Source: a virus
Lineage: Duplodnaviria > Caudoviricetes
IMG/VR virus record: IMGVR_UViG_3300025030_000042
Direction: 5' to 3' (one strand)
Length of the DNA: 64,000 nt
Both the position numbers and the translations under genes were made by a program. The notes beneath the pieces were generated by a model, which was not told the origin of the DNA, made no database searches, and saw nothing but the letters and a program-made list of their open reading frames with translations. Below, piece after piece: positions 26,762 through 37,400 of the stretch. Position 1 is the stretch's first letter; each line of letters opens with the position of its first letter.

Positions 26762-26769
26762 TAAATAGT
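26762..26769 (-). promoter_or_regulatory. Putative late promoter ACTATTTA
   Basis: ACTATTTA-CTTAA-A-AGGAG upstream of the beta-helix gene. Confidence 0.65.
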
Positions 26770-26801
26770 CTTTTTTTAGTCTTTTAAATTATTGATTATT
26801 A

Positions 26802-26828
26802 AACTTATAGAACATTCATAGTAAATAG
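26802..26828. repeat. 27-bp direct repeat, copy 2 (orphan promoter plus mini-ORF MFYKFNNQ*)
   Basis: aacttatagaacattcatagtaaatag; the ATG at 26815 reads MFYKFNNQ-stop (26789), compared with MFYKFKEG in the intact gene. Confidence 0.85.
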
Positions 26829-26844
26829 AAGGGAGGAGAATGTT

Positions 26845-26961
26845 TTATTCTCTATATGAAATTGCTTTTCCAGCATATGTATCTGTTTTTTTGTGACATT
26901 CAACACACATTTCTTCCGACTTGTTCAAAAATCTTCTACAATCAACGAATCTTTGATAATC
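26845..26961 (-). pseudogene. HNH endonuclease C-terminal remnant
   Basis: Minus-strand frame reads ...EEMCVECHKKTDTYAGKAISYRE*, the characteristic C..CH..TD HNH tail; the rest of the domain is absent. Confidence 0.6.
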
Positions 26962-28035
26962 TTACGCGTCTACTCTCAAGCGAAGAGTCAAATCAACCGA
27001 TGGAGATTTCTTCAATGATTCCGAAACCTTGCCGATCGCAAGCAACGCTCCATCAGCAGAATATAATCCTATTCCTGTAATATACGATACGGGTTCATCT
27101 TGTGTATTTTGTTTTACTCTTATTTTAGAGCCAGATAAGTATGTAGGATTACTACTATAGTTGAAATCATTGTGGTTTAGCCTACAAAAATAAATCGTAC
27201 TGTTCAACTCGGTCGTATTATTAAACTGAATATTTCTTATTCTGCGACGAATATAATCGCAACTTGAACTAATAACACTACCGGTCAACGATCCTGTAAT
27301 CGTATCACCAGAACCCGGTTGAGTCATTCTAACATCAATATCGCTCATTCCGGTGGGTTGCGCAGTAAATACAGATGCCGTCAAAACACAAACGCCGGCT
27401 TGATAAAAAATAAGTCCTGCCAACCCGTTTGTTGAACCAGTCGCTTGTCCAGAAGAACAAGAGAGAATACCATATTCGCCCGCTGGGGAGTTTACACGAA
27501 AATCATTTTGCGCGCCGGCATCAGAAATCGTCAACCAACCGTTCGTCGCTTGTGTGTAACTTCCGGTTCCGAGCTGGATTGTAAAAGAACCCTTCTGGAT
27601 TTCATCTTTATATAGGAGACGCGCAAAGTTGATAAAAATACATTCGTGAAGTTTGGTTCCACCGGCAAGAATATTTCCATCTTGATCGAACCTTTGAACG
27701 GAACCGGTATGATCGTGTCCCATCAGAATCTGTGCCATATTATTATAAAGATTTATCTTTTTTTCTTGTTGTGTAACGGGTGTTGAAGAAGATAGGGTAG
27801 AGTCGTTTGAGAAACCTACTGTAATGTCGAAGATATGGTTTGCCGATGAACTAAGGTGCGGATAGTCATAGACACTTTGCCACATGCCGTGAGCATAGTT
27901 TTTAATATTCGTTTCACTTCCCAAACTTGAGTAATTTCCCGATAAAATCGAGCCCGTTATGGGAATATTTTCCCGGAGAAGTGTGCGATTTGTAGAAATA
28001 TCATTTTGATTAAAAGTTTTATAAACGGTAGCCAT
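26962..28035 (-). CDS. Baseplate/tail structural protein with a tail-collar-fibre-like C-terminal domain
   Basis: FNYSSNPTY...VSYITGIGLYSADGALLAIGKVSESLKKS. Confidence 0.7.
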   Translation of the reverse strand: MATVYKTFNQNDISTNRTLLRENIPITGSILSGNYSSLGSETNIKNYAHGMWQSVYDYPHLSSSANHIFDITVGFSNDSTLSSSTPVTQQEKKINLYNNMAQILMGHDHTGSVQRFDQDGNILAGGTKLHECIFINFARLLYKDEIQKGSFTIQLGTGSYTQATNGWLTISDAGAQNDFRVNSPAGEYGILSCSSGQATGSTNGLAGLIFYQAGVCVLTASVFTAQPTGMSDIDVRMTQPGSGDTITGSLTGSVISSSCDYIRRRIRNIQFNNTTELNSTIYFCRLNHNDFNYSSNPTYLSGSKIRVKQNTQDEPVSYITGIGLYSADGALLAIGKVSESLKKSPSVDLTLRLRVDA

Positions 28036-29325
28036 TTATATATTTCCTCTTTGTTGACTCTTACTTCTTAAGATTTTCTTGATTTTTTCCAACCTTTCCT
28101 TACTATAAATATTATCTATATTTATATATTTTTCAGATAAATATATTATATGTTTTATTTCTTTAAGACCGAGATTATATTCTTTCGCCAAATCTTTTAT
28201 GAAATAGTTTTCTGTATCATATTTCTTTCTAATATCTATTACAATATTATCTTCAACTCTTTCTTTTTTACTTTTTTTAATGTTTTCTTTTAGATAACTC
28301 CAAGATTTTCCTAGGACTATACCACTAATAGTGGTTTGATTTACATTATATTCTCTTGCGAGTTCTTTTTGGGAATATTTACCAGAATCATATTTTGCTC
28401 TCATTTCTTTTACTTGTTTTTCTACCAATATAGAAGAAGCGTTCTTTTCTCCAACATTACTTTTCTTTTTATTTACTTCTTCAGAATGTTTTCTTCCTTT
28501 GTTTAACTTTCCATTTTCCGATTTTCTTTTACTTTCTATTTCCTTAAGTCTTTCTGGAGTTATTATATTTTCAATGTGCTTCCAACTAATAGAATGTAAA
28601 ACTTTTCTTATAGTAATAACTTTTACGTCATATTGATTTGCCAAATCTTTTTGCTCATATTGTCCGGTGTTATATTTTTCTCGTATTTCTAATACTTGTT
28701 TTTCGTTAAGTTTTGAATCGCTTCTTGCCTCTCCTTTTGGTATCCAACGCCCTTTATTCATTTGTTTTCTTTTTTCAATAAGTTTTGAAAGTTCTTTTTC
28801 GTTAATATCAGAAATATATTTCCAACTTTTTCTATTTATTATCCTTGAAACAGTTTCTCGTTTTACATTATATCTTTCTGCTATTTCATTAGGATATAAT
28901 CCTATTAAATATAATCTTAATATTTCTTTTGCTTTTTCAAAATCTAAAATGGTATTACTTCTTTTTAATGATATTTCATTAATTTTATCAATAGAATATT
29001 TATATCCTAAAGTGCTACCGGCAATCTTACAAGTATTATATCCTATCTCTGGTCTCCACGGTTCAAAGCAATCAAGATACCATTGCTCTGTTCTTAATAC
29101 ATTTTGTTTTTTGTTTATTATTTTTATTGGAATAAAACTAAAGTTTTCTTCACCATATTTATTCCAAGCATTTTGTAATCTTACCGAAAAATGCTCATTA
29201 TTTTGCAATGCTTTAAAATGTGCTTTTTTCCGTTGTTTAAAAGATTGAGAAGAACTTCCTAAATAAAACTTAAAGTTGATATTATTAACTATTATATATA
29301 TTCCTATTTTCCCCAACGAAATCAT
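28036..29325 (-). CDS. GIY-YIG homing endonuclease with four tandem HTH modules
   Basis: IGIYIIVNNINFKFYLGSS; repeats of L.EKQV.EIR.KY..G.Y.QKDLA..Y.V...TI..I....SW. Confidence 0.88.
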   Translation of the reverse strand: MISLGKIGIYIIVNNINFKFYLGSSSQSFKQRKKAHFKALQNNEHFSVRLQNAWNKYGEENFSFIPIKIINKKQNVLRTEQWYLDCFEPWRPEIGYNTCKIAGSTLGYKYSIDKINEISLKRSNTILDFEKAKEILRLYLIGLYPNEIAERYNVKRETVSRIINRKSWKYISDINEKELSKLIEKRKQMNKGRWIPKGEARSDSKLNEKQVLEIREKYNTGQYEQKDLANQYDVKVITIRKVLHSISWKHIENIITPERLKEIESKRKSENGKLNKGRKHSEEVNKKKSNVGEKNASSILVEKQVKEMRAKYDSGKYSQKELAREYNVNQTTISGIVLGKSWSYLKENIKKSKKERVEDNIVIDIRKKYDTENYFIKDLAKEYNLGLKEIKHIIYLSEKYINIDNIYSKERLEKIKKILRSKSQQRGNI

Positions 29326-29328
29326 TTA

Positions 29329-30219
29329 TTACACCTTGATATATCTGCACGGAATATTCAAAGAATATCCAGTAGTTGCGCCCATTACACTCACATAACT
29401 ATCAATATACTTTACTGTTGTGCTCGAACCATTCTTATTCGTCATCGAAACAGTTGACCCTATTAAATCAAATAGATAATCCGAGCTGTTTAAATCTATA
29501 CTCGATTGTATACTAAAAGTCAAGACTGTTCCTCTCGGTCCGTCAATCGCCTGTGTCGGTAAAGTTTGCCTCTCGGTATTTTCAGATACTTGGTCATCCG
29601 TCCCCAAACTCAAGAAATAACTGGCGATACTATCATCATTTATATATGAAACTCTCGCCAGCGTTCCATTCGTAGAAACAATCTTTCCAAATCTATTGTC
29701 GATCTCAATCATATATTGAGTTTCAATAAGATCCGCATCAATCGTAAAGTTTGGACTAATCGCAGTGGTGTGTAATCCCTGATCCAATCTTATATAAGTT
29801 CCGCCCGTTCCACTTTCTCCTGGAATTATACCGGTTAAAGTAAGAAATAAATCTTCTGTTGCTTTATTTACTGCCACCACAAACGATCCAATACTGTGCA
29901 TCGCTGTGGTTGGACTGAAAACAGTATTTATTCTTATTACCGGCAAATATAGAAGGTTTGTTCGAGGAATACTAATAAGTTTATGTTTCCCGATCGAAGT
30001 ATCGTTTGTGAATGCTTCAAAAATCGGCGTTTGTAAAATCGACAGATCATAATAAGCACTTCCAGAGGTATGATTTGGATTATATTGCGTATAATCGATT
30101 TCGTCGTCAAAGCAAGCAAACTTTGTTACCTTAAACTCGCCTTTGGCAAGTCTTAAACGACCAAGATCTGTCAAAACGACGTCAAGTTGAACGTCAGAAT
30201 CGTTTGATAAAAAAGCCAT
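29329..30219 (-). CDS. Virion structural protein with a tail-collar-fibre-like N-terminal motif
   Basis: DVVLTDLGRLRLAKGEFKVTKFACFDDEIDY; paralog of 37623..38495. Confidence 0.7.
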   Translation of the reverse strand: MAFLSNDSDVQLDVVLTDLGRLRLAKGEFKVTKFACFDDEIDYTQYNPNHTSGSAYYDLSILQTPIFEAFTNDTSIGKHKLISIPRTNLLYLPVIRINTVFSPTTAMHSIGSFVVAVNKATEDLFLTLTGIIPGESGTGGTYIRLDQGLHTTAISPNFTIDADLIETQYMIEIDNRFGKIVSTNGTLARVSYINDDSIASYFLSLGTDDQVSENTERQTLPTQAIDGPRGTVLTFSIQSSIDLNSSDYLFDLIGSTVSMTNKNGSSTTVKYIDSYVSVMGATTGYSLNIPCRYIKV

Positions 30220-31374
30220 TTATTCTATTCCTCCAAAAACTTCTTCTTCTGTAAATAGAACTTTGTTTCCTTTTTTCATATTCTCATTCTTTTCCAAAGG
30301 TCGTAAGTTCTCTAACGCCCAACACTTTTGAAAGTTTGAATGATCCATTGAATCATAAATAAGTTCTGATTGCGGAATAATATGATCAATCCACCAAGTC
30401 TTTTGTTCAGTTCCCGCCCAACCGCCGTAGTTATCCCACGACATCCATTCTTCAAACTGTGATTCAAGACGCTCTTTAAGTTGTTCAATCGTATAAGGTA
30501 AATACTTCAAACAAGTTTCTCCATTTTTAGAGGAGTTTTGTTCTTTTAATATTTTTTGTATAGAACGAGAAATATTTCTTTTTATTTTAGCACAAACATT
30601 ATTTCTATATTTATTTCGATCGTGCTCTCTTATCTTTTCTCTGCCTTTTTCTGATTGTCTATATTCTTTATGTTTTTCTTCGCGACATTTTTTACATTGA
30701 TGAGTGTATCCAGTAATCGTATATAAATCTTTTACAAACTCATTAACATCTTTTTCTATTTTACACTTTGAACAAACCTTTTTATCAATAATAACTTTAA
30801 CTATTCCTTTATTATTCTCTCGCCACTTTTTTGTGGCTCGTATTGTTGATTCTCTTACTTTTTCTGTTTTTCCAAGTTCAGAACAACAATCTTTACAAGT
30901 TCTTTTTCTTCCATTCGGCGAATACCTATCAATATAAAAATCATTTATTTTTTTAATCGTTTTACATATACTACACTTCTTTTCACCTTCAGATTTAATA
31001 AGCTCTGGATTGTTAGTAAACTTTTCTTTTTGTCCGTTTCTATATTTCAAAAAATTTTCTTTTCTACATTCTTTACATTGTGTTGTAAGTTTGTCGGGTC
31101 TTTTATTGTCAATATCAAAATATTCACTTGTCGCCGGTTTATCTCTATTCAAACATTTTCTATTGCTACATCTTTTATATCCGAATGGTATTTCACCTAA
31201 TATTTCAAAATCTTTTTGCTTTCCAGACATTCTCTGATTGGCACACATTTTACAGTAAATTTTTAATCCATCTTTTTTATTTTTATCTTTTCCAAACTCC
31301 TCCAACCTCTTCTCCTCACCGCAACTTCGACATTCTTTCGTCTCCATCTCAAACTCCTTGAATATTCTTCCCAT
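30220..31374 (-). CDS. HNH homing endonuclease with four tandem CxxC...CxxC modules
   Basis: WWIDHIIPQ...LENLRPLEKNENMKKGNK; paralog of 3045..3938. Confidence 0.85.
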   Translation of the reverse strand: MGRIFKEFEMETKECRSCGEEKRLEEFGKDKNKKDGLKIYCKMCANQRMSGKQKDFEILGEIPFGYKRCSNRKCLNRDKPATSEYFDIDNKRPDKLTTQCKECRKENFLKYRNGQKEKFTNNPELIKSEGEKKCSICKTIKKINDFYIDRYSPNGRKRTCKDCCSELGKTEKVRESTIRATKKWRENNKGIVKVIIDKKVCSKCKIEKDVNEFVKDLYTITGYTHQCKKCREEKHKEYRQSEKGREKIREHDRNKYRNNVCAKIKRNISRSIQKILKEQNSSKNGETCLKYLPYTIEQLKERLESQFEEWMSWDNYGGWAGTEQKTWWIDHIIPQSELIYDSMDHSNFQKCWALENLRPLEKNENMKKGNKVLFTEEEVFGGIE

Positions 31375-31398
31375 TTTACCAAAAAATCTTTTCAGGAG

Positions 31399-31599
31399 TC
31401 AACCTTTTTCTTTTTCCCACCTACAATACGCCTCAATCAGAAACAAAGGTGCCTTGATAGATGTTGGATTTTTCAAAAAGTGAACATAAGCCCACAACCC
31501 ATCGAACTTATAAACAATTCCAATCCCGTATATATTGTAAAAACCACCATTTTTATGTCTTACCAAATCTCCGATTTTAATGTTATTGTTATTCTTCAT
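31399..31599 (-). CDS. Small KOW/SH3-like (KIGDL) protein
   Basis: Likely start MKNNNNIKIGDLVRHK at 31599, overlapping the upstream stop; YGIGIVYK. Confidence 0.6.
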   Translation of the reverse strand: MKNNNNIKIGDLVRHKNGGFYNIYGIGIVYKFDGLWAYVHFLKNPTSIKAPLFLIEAYCRWEKEKG

Positions 31600-34414
31600 C
31601 AACCTTCTTCGTTTTACTATTGAACATAACATTTAAATCTATTCTTTTTCCAGTTTTTTTACTTGTCAATCTTATTTTATATGTCTCGCCCCATATCGAA
31701 CGATCCGCTACTCCCAATATAACTCCTTGTATTTCTTTCGCACTTTCAGCCTTATCAAATCCAGATCTTTGTTCATTTATTAGTGATTGTTTTAATGCCG
31801 GTCGTATTAAAATATATTTCTTTCCAGATTTTGTTATAATATCTTTTTCTTTTTTGAAGTCCACCACATTTATTATAGGATATATTGAACCACCATCGTC
31901 AACGAGTTCAACTTCAAAAACTTCGGTCGGATTGCTCATATGATTATGATTATCAATAGATCTTACTACATAGTAATATTTTGTATTTGGTTTTACTTTA
32001 TCTATATATGTTGCCGAAGTTGCTTTTTGAGGAGTAACCTGGTTAATATCTGTATATACTGTTTTTATTAGTTTGCCAGAAAAATCCTTATAACTACTTG
32101 GTTTTACTTCAGTTCTATATATTTGATATATTGTATTATGATCATCTGTAGTGTATTTTATTTTTTCTTTATCGTCAAGATTTTTTGCCTTTCTTATTTC
32201 ATTTATTTTTTCTTTATCCCCGTCTTCAATCTCTATTGGATCCAAAAAATATTCACCGGTATTTGAGCGAAGCATAAATATCAACCGATCATTAACGGCG
32301 CGATAAGGAACAATATCTATTTCCGGGAAAACGGGCGGATCGTCAATAACAGCGCCAACAAATGAATAATATGGAACTTCTACTAAAATAATATGCGGTG
32401 CTTGTGTTACCAGAAACGAAGCCAGTTCACCATTTGTTTCAACATTGGTATAACTATATTTATTTCCAACGACCGCTTGATACGCATAAATGTTATATGT
32501 ATACTCTTTATTATATTTAACTTGTGTATCAATAAATTCAACAACATCTATTTCATTGCTGTTTGGAAAATAAAAGTTTTGCAATACTTGATTTCCGGAA
32601 GATTTTTCCACCCTATAAAGAACGGTTTCTGAATATGCTATCTTTCCTTTTAAAATCTCTTCATATGTTCTAAATCTTTCCTTTATAAGTTTTCGTAACT
32701 TTCCAACAAATATTATCTTTAATATATTGCGAAAAAACTTATTATTCGCATTATTTATAAAGTTTTCATCATTCTTTCCCAAAAAGACTGAAATATCTTG
32801 ATTTGAAGAAAAAATGTTTGACGCTCCCGAAACGATTTCATCTTGATCATCAATCTGTTTTAAAAGTCCCGATATATCCCATACACGACGATCATTTTTT
32901 TGAAATGAAAAAGACTTCTTGATATTTTCTCCATCAACCGTTTTAAATATTTCAAGTAATTCTTTTGCTTCTATAACTTTATTAAAATCGGGCTTTTCTA
33001 TATCATTGATGCCGGCGACAACTTTGTTTAACACTAAAGAACTCAAGTTCGTATCCTTTAAGATTTGTGCAAAAACGGTTGTTCTGTCGGTTGAAAAAGA
33101 AATATTCGTAAACATAGGAAATAAATATTTCTTATCATTAAAGTTTTTCAAAAGTTCAATATTTGAAAGTGGAACAATGATATTTGTATTTTTTCTTAAA
33201 AGTATATTCAATCTATCAACCTTGCTGGTTCTTATTCTTTCTTCTGCTTCTCTATTACCAGATCTCTTTATTTTTTTATATTCTCGCGCAAATCTTGAAT
33301 AGTAATCGCTTTGAATATTTGAGTTTATTTCTTTTAGATTTATAGTTCCCGCCAACGATATTAAATCTTGAAACTCTATTTTATTTGATTCCTGACTTAA
33401 TTCTGACATCATTGTGTATAGATTTGGTATAAGGGGTTCTGGAATATCAGATAAAATCTTTTCATAATCTTCAATATAAAAATTATAATCCGTTTCAATG
33501 TCGGCGCTAATAGGATTATTTATTCCAGAATATCTCATTAACTCTTTTTTAGAAAATGGTATTGGTAGTTCAAAACAAAAATCTACATATTCAATACCTT
33601 GTTGTATTGCTGGAGGAAATATTTCTCCATTTTGCCCCGTTCCACCTTTTACAAACACTTCCCATAAATTTTCATTAAAAACAAAATCATATTCTCCATT
33701 TTGATTTAAAAACGAAGACGCATTCACTACCGCTCGAGATTCAAATACGGGAGAAGCATTATTGTTATTTGTATTATTATTTGAACTTCTTTTTTCAGTT
33801 CTTAAAAATCTATTTTTTTGTGCCTGGATTAAAATCCATTGCTGTGTTCCAAAAAATACATCTTCTTGAGTTTGTATTTTACTTTTAAATAAACTATCAA
33901 GTTGTGTATTTATTTTGTCTTTTAATATTCCAACTTTTTCAATATTTTGAGGCTTAACTATTCCTTTGCCAGTAAAGTTATAATCAAGTATTTTAAAAGA
34001 ACTTCCTTGTTCGGTATTCAGATATATTAAATGTTTATCATCATCCGTGACCGTCCAATATTTACCAGCAAATATTCTAAATAAATCAATAATCGTATTA
34101 TTTCCAGCACCAACAGTTACACCCGCCATGCGATCCTTTAAAGGAGGACCGAACGATTCATTGTTGATTACATATATTTTTTTTCCTATTGCCGATGCTT
34201 TATCGCTTATTGATAACTCTGATTTGAGTAGTTTTATTTCTCCCATCTTAACATATGAGGTTGTTTCAAGTTTTATTTTTTCATCTACAAGTCTTTCAAC
34301 GATTTCATCTTGAGATGGTATTAAACTAATAGTGTTTATATATGTCTTTTTAGGATCTCCTGAAACAACAGAAACCGCAACATTTCTTGATTTTGTTTTA
34401 TTCTCACAAGACAT
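31589..34414 (-). CDS. Large virion structural protein with Fn3-like segments
   Basis: FIDTQVKYNKEYTYNIYAY and YIDKVKPNTKYYYVVRSID are fibronectin type III-like; lies in the baseplate block. Confidence 0.6.
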   Translation of the reverse strand: MSCENKTKSRNVAVSVVSGDPKKTYINTISLIPSQDEIVERLVDEKIKLETTSYVKMGEIKLLKSELSISDKASAIGKKIYVINNESFGPPLKDRMAGVTVGAGNNTIIDLFRIFAGKYWTVTDDDKHLIYLNTEQGSSFKILDYNFTGKGIVKPQNIEKVGILKDKINTQLDSLFKSKIQTQEDVFFGTQQWILIQAQKNRFLRTEKRSSNNNTNNNNASPVFESRAVVNASSFLNQNGEYDFVFNENLWEVFVKGGTGQNGEIFPPAIQQGIEYVDFCFELPIPFSKKELMRYSGINNPISADIETDYNFYIEDYEKILSDIPEPLIPNLYTMMSELSQESNKIEFQDLISLAGTINLKEINSNIQSDYYSRFAREYKKIKRSGNREAEERIRTSKVDRLNILLRKNTNIIVPLSNIELLKNFNDKKYLFPMFTNISFSTDRTTVFAQILKDTNLSSLVLNKVVAGINDIEKPDFNKVIEAKELLEIFKTVDGENIKKSFSFQKNDRRVWDISGLLKQIDDQDEIVSGASNIFSSNQDISVFLGKNDENFINNANNKFFRNILKIIFVGKLRKLIKERFRTYEEILKGKIAYSETVLYRVEKSSGNQVLQNFYFPNSNEIDVVEFIDTQVKYNKEYTYNIYAYQAVVGNKYSYTNVETNGELASFLVTQAPHIILVEVPYYSFVGAVIDDPPVFPEIDIVPYRAVNDRLIFMLRSNTGEYFLDPIEIEDGDKEKINEIRKAKNLDDKEKIKYTTDDHNTIYQIYRTEVKPSSYKDFSGKLIKTVYTDINQVTPQKATSATYIDKVKPNTKYYYVVRSIDNHNHMSNPTEVFEVELVDDGGSIYPIINVVDFKKEKDIITKSGKKYILIRPALKQSLINEQRSGFDKAESAKEIQGVILGVADRSIWGETYKIRLTSKKTGKRIDLNVMFNSKTKKVDEE

Positions 34415-37400
34415 TAGAACTTAAACCTCCTAGAATCATTAACAATAAACGCATTGGTAGTAGGAGTTGTTGTTTCTATTTGTGTTGCGTCAGTTTCTTT
34501 TGGTTTTCCTATTGGTTGTGTTGTATAATACTCTCCCTCAAGCATTTTATATTCTTTTTCTTTATTTGATAAATCTTCGGTTATTTCCGTTATTTTAGTT
34601 ACAACTGTTATTTGTGGAGATTCTTCTGGTATTATATCGTGTGGACTTAAAATAAAATACTCATTATATATCATAAGTTTAAGATCTTTTGGTTGTGTAA
34701 CTTGAAACTCTGGATTATTATATGGTTTTAATCTACATAAAATATTTTTATCTTTTGTCATATTAAATAATGCCGGCGTCATCTTCTTCCAAATCGGTAT
34801 TTTTACATACGCCTCTGTTTCATTTTTTTCAAACCCAGTCAATACCTCTATTGTTTGTAACATATTATATTTATAGTTATAAAGTGGTTTTAAGAAAGGA
34901 TTTGCTTTTATATCAACCGCTTGAGATAACGCTTTCTCGTTTATATTTTCTGGTGTTGCTAATCCGACCATCAATGATTTTATTTGATTTGGAAGTTCAA
35001 CTATCTTATTTTGAGATTTATTCTCTAAAATATGAAAAGGTTCGTTGATATTATAAAACTTTATTTCTTCTTCTTTTTTGTTTTCAAAAGTAACGAAATC
35101 ATCTGTCAACATCAAAAATAAAGAAGAATTTGAAGTTTCTTTTATTTCTTGATTTGATGTTTCAAGATTGTTAATAACTGGATTATCTTGTTTTGTTTGT
35201 GTTTCAAAAGTTGAGTTAACGCCAAAAACATCGGCAGTTGAAGTTGTTTTCTCTTTTGAAACTTGTTCTCGTTCGCTTTCAATAACCAATCCTCTTTCTG
35301 AAACTGTTGATAATAAATTAGAACGAGTCTTTTGTTGCGTAGTGTTCACTTTCGTATTATTGTTGCTTGTATTAAATGTTCCTTGAATGGGAAGAAAGGG
35401 AGATTTTCTCAAAGCATTAAATCTTGTTACTGTTGAAGAAATTTGTTGATATTGTTGAGTATTATTTTCTATTCCATTCGTGAGAGTAACTTTTTGATCT
35501 CCCAAATTAACCATAGTTGGAGATAAATATGTATATTTTGAGTTAGCCAGCGAATCATCTACAGTATATTCTTTGATTTGTGATTTTAGATTTATATTTA
35601 TATCTTCAGATTTAAAATATTTTAATGTTTCTATTTTCGTTCTTTCTTCAAACTTTAATCCAGAAATAACAACTAGTCCATCGTTATTTTCTGTTTCTAT
35701 TTTTCCCTCAAGGGTAAGAAAATCATATCCAACATTTTTGGGTATATCGGAATCAAATATCTTTGTAAATGTATTTGATATTTCAATACTTTTTAGTGTT
35801 TGACTAAAGTTTCCGCCACCATCGTCTTGTTTTTGTCCAGACGTTCTTCTTTTTTCCGTTCCAGCAACCGAAACCTTGGCGATGCTTAAAATCTGATTGA
35901 CACTATCTTTAATAATATTGATCACCTTCAATATCGTATCTAAAGTAGCGGTTTTAGGATTTACATAATAGAACAATAGTTTTTGAAAATCACTAAAATC
36001 AGTTTTTTGAGAAAAGAACAACATCGTTTCAATGAAGATTGAAATCGAACTTATCCAAGGAGATTCTTTATTAGATTTATTTGATAAAGTATTTATAAAC
36101 TTATTATTTAATCTATTTTTATCATAATCATAGTTATACAAACATTGATTGTAATATTTTTGTAAATCATTTATCTGTTTTGAAAGTTTATTTGCTTGTT
36201 CTCTTAAAAATAACGGTGTTTTATCTTCTATCTGTAAAATAACTTCATATTGATATAGACCAAAAGTTATATCAGAAGCAAACTTATCCATACCAGTAAA
36301 ATATCTCATTCCTAAAATATCGGTATCTTCCAAAGAAATATTTATTTCCCGTAACGTGCCAACACTAGAAGCTCTGGTTATAAAGTTTTGTGGCTCTTTT
36401 TCTCCGGACATAATCACATTTTCTGGAGGATCTTCTGTATTAAAAACTTTACCGATATATCCTTCTATTGAATCACTTTTAACTCGTATTCTTCTAATCA
36501 CCATTTGTGATATTCTAACATACTTCAATAAATCTAAAACATTTGAAGTGAAAATACTTCCAAACTGTGTTTTTTCACGAACCATTTGTAAAAAGTTAAT
36601 CGCAAATAGAAATCTTACATCCCCATTTTTATCTCTTGAAATGGACGCTTCTGAAAAATAAGAAGTATTAGATAGATTTATAATCTTTTGACCATTTATT
36701 TTATTTATAATATTATTTATTTGCTGGGTATATGGTGTTATATCAAATTCAATCTGTTCAAGTTCATTTGAAGTTCTTGAATCTTGAACCTTATTGTTTG
36801 AAACTGTAATCAGTTGTAATATTTCTTCATTTTTTTGAACATCTTTATATTTTGCCCAGTTACCTTGTTGAGTTTGATGAACATCTCCTACCCAAATATT
36901 ATTTTGTTCATCTACGAAAACAAACGCTCGTGAGTTTAAAATATAATCATCAAATATCAACTCTGAAGCAGTTTTTCCATACATATTATCTTCATTATTG
37001 AGATCAAGGTTCATTTCTTTCGCAAGCTCTTTAATATCAATATAACTTACAGCAAAATACGAAAGATGTTGTGGATTTTCATTGTTTAAAGTAAAGTTTG
37101 TATTTAAGGTGATATCATAGATTTTGTTTCCATTATCATCTACGCTTGAATCTATTTGATTTAACTTTGATTTTTTAACAACATCAGAAACAGAAATCAG
37201 ATTTTGTTTAATATTTTTGTCATTATATAAATCTTTATTTGTAATAATATTTTTTATAAAACTATTCGTTATTTCTTTATCTAAACTTTGAAATACGATA
37301 ACTTTTAAATATTTCACAAAGTTTATATTTTCAAACCAAGTAGAAACTAATCCATCATCCAACTTCTCCTTTATAACAAGTTGTATATTTACAAATAACT

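Noticed and set aside
28036-31374. Group I introns housing the endonuclease genes
   Set aside because: Flanking genes are complete on each side and abut the endonuclease ORFs directly, leaving no room for intron core structure; these are free-standing HEGs.
33770-33800. Short AAT/AAC-rich repeat
   Set aside because: It is an Asn-rich low-complexity linker (SSNNNTNNNNAS) within a coding region.
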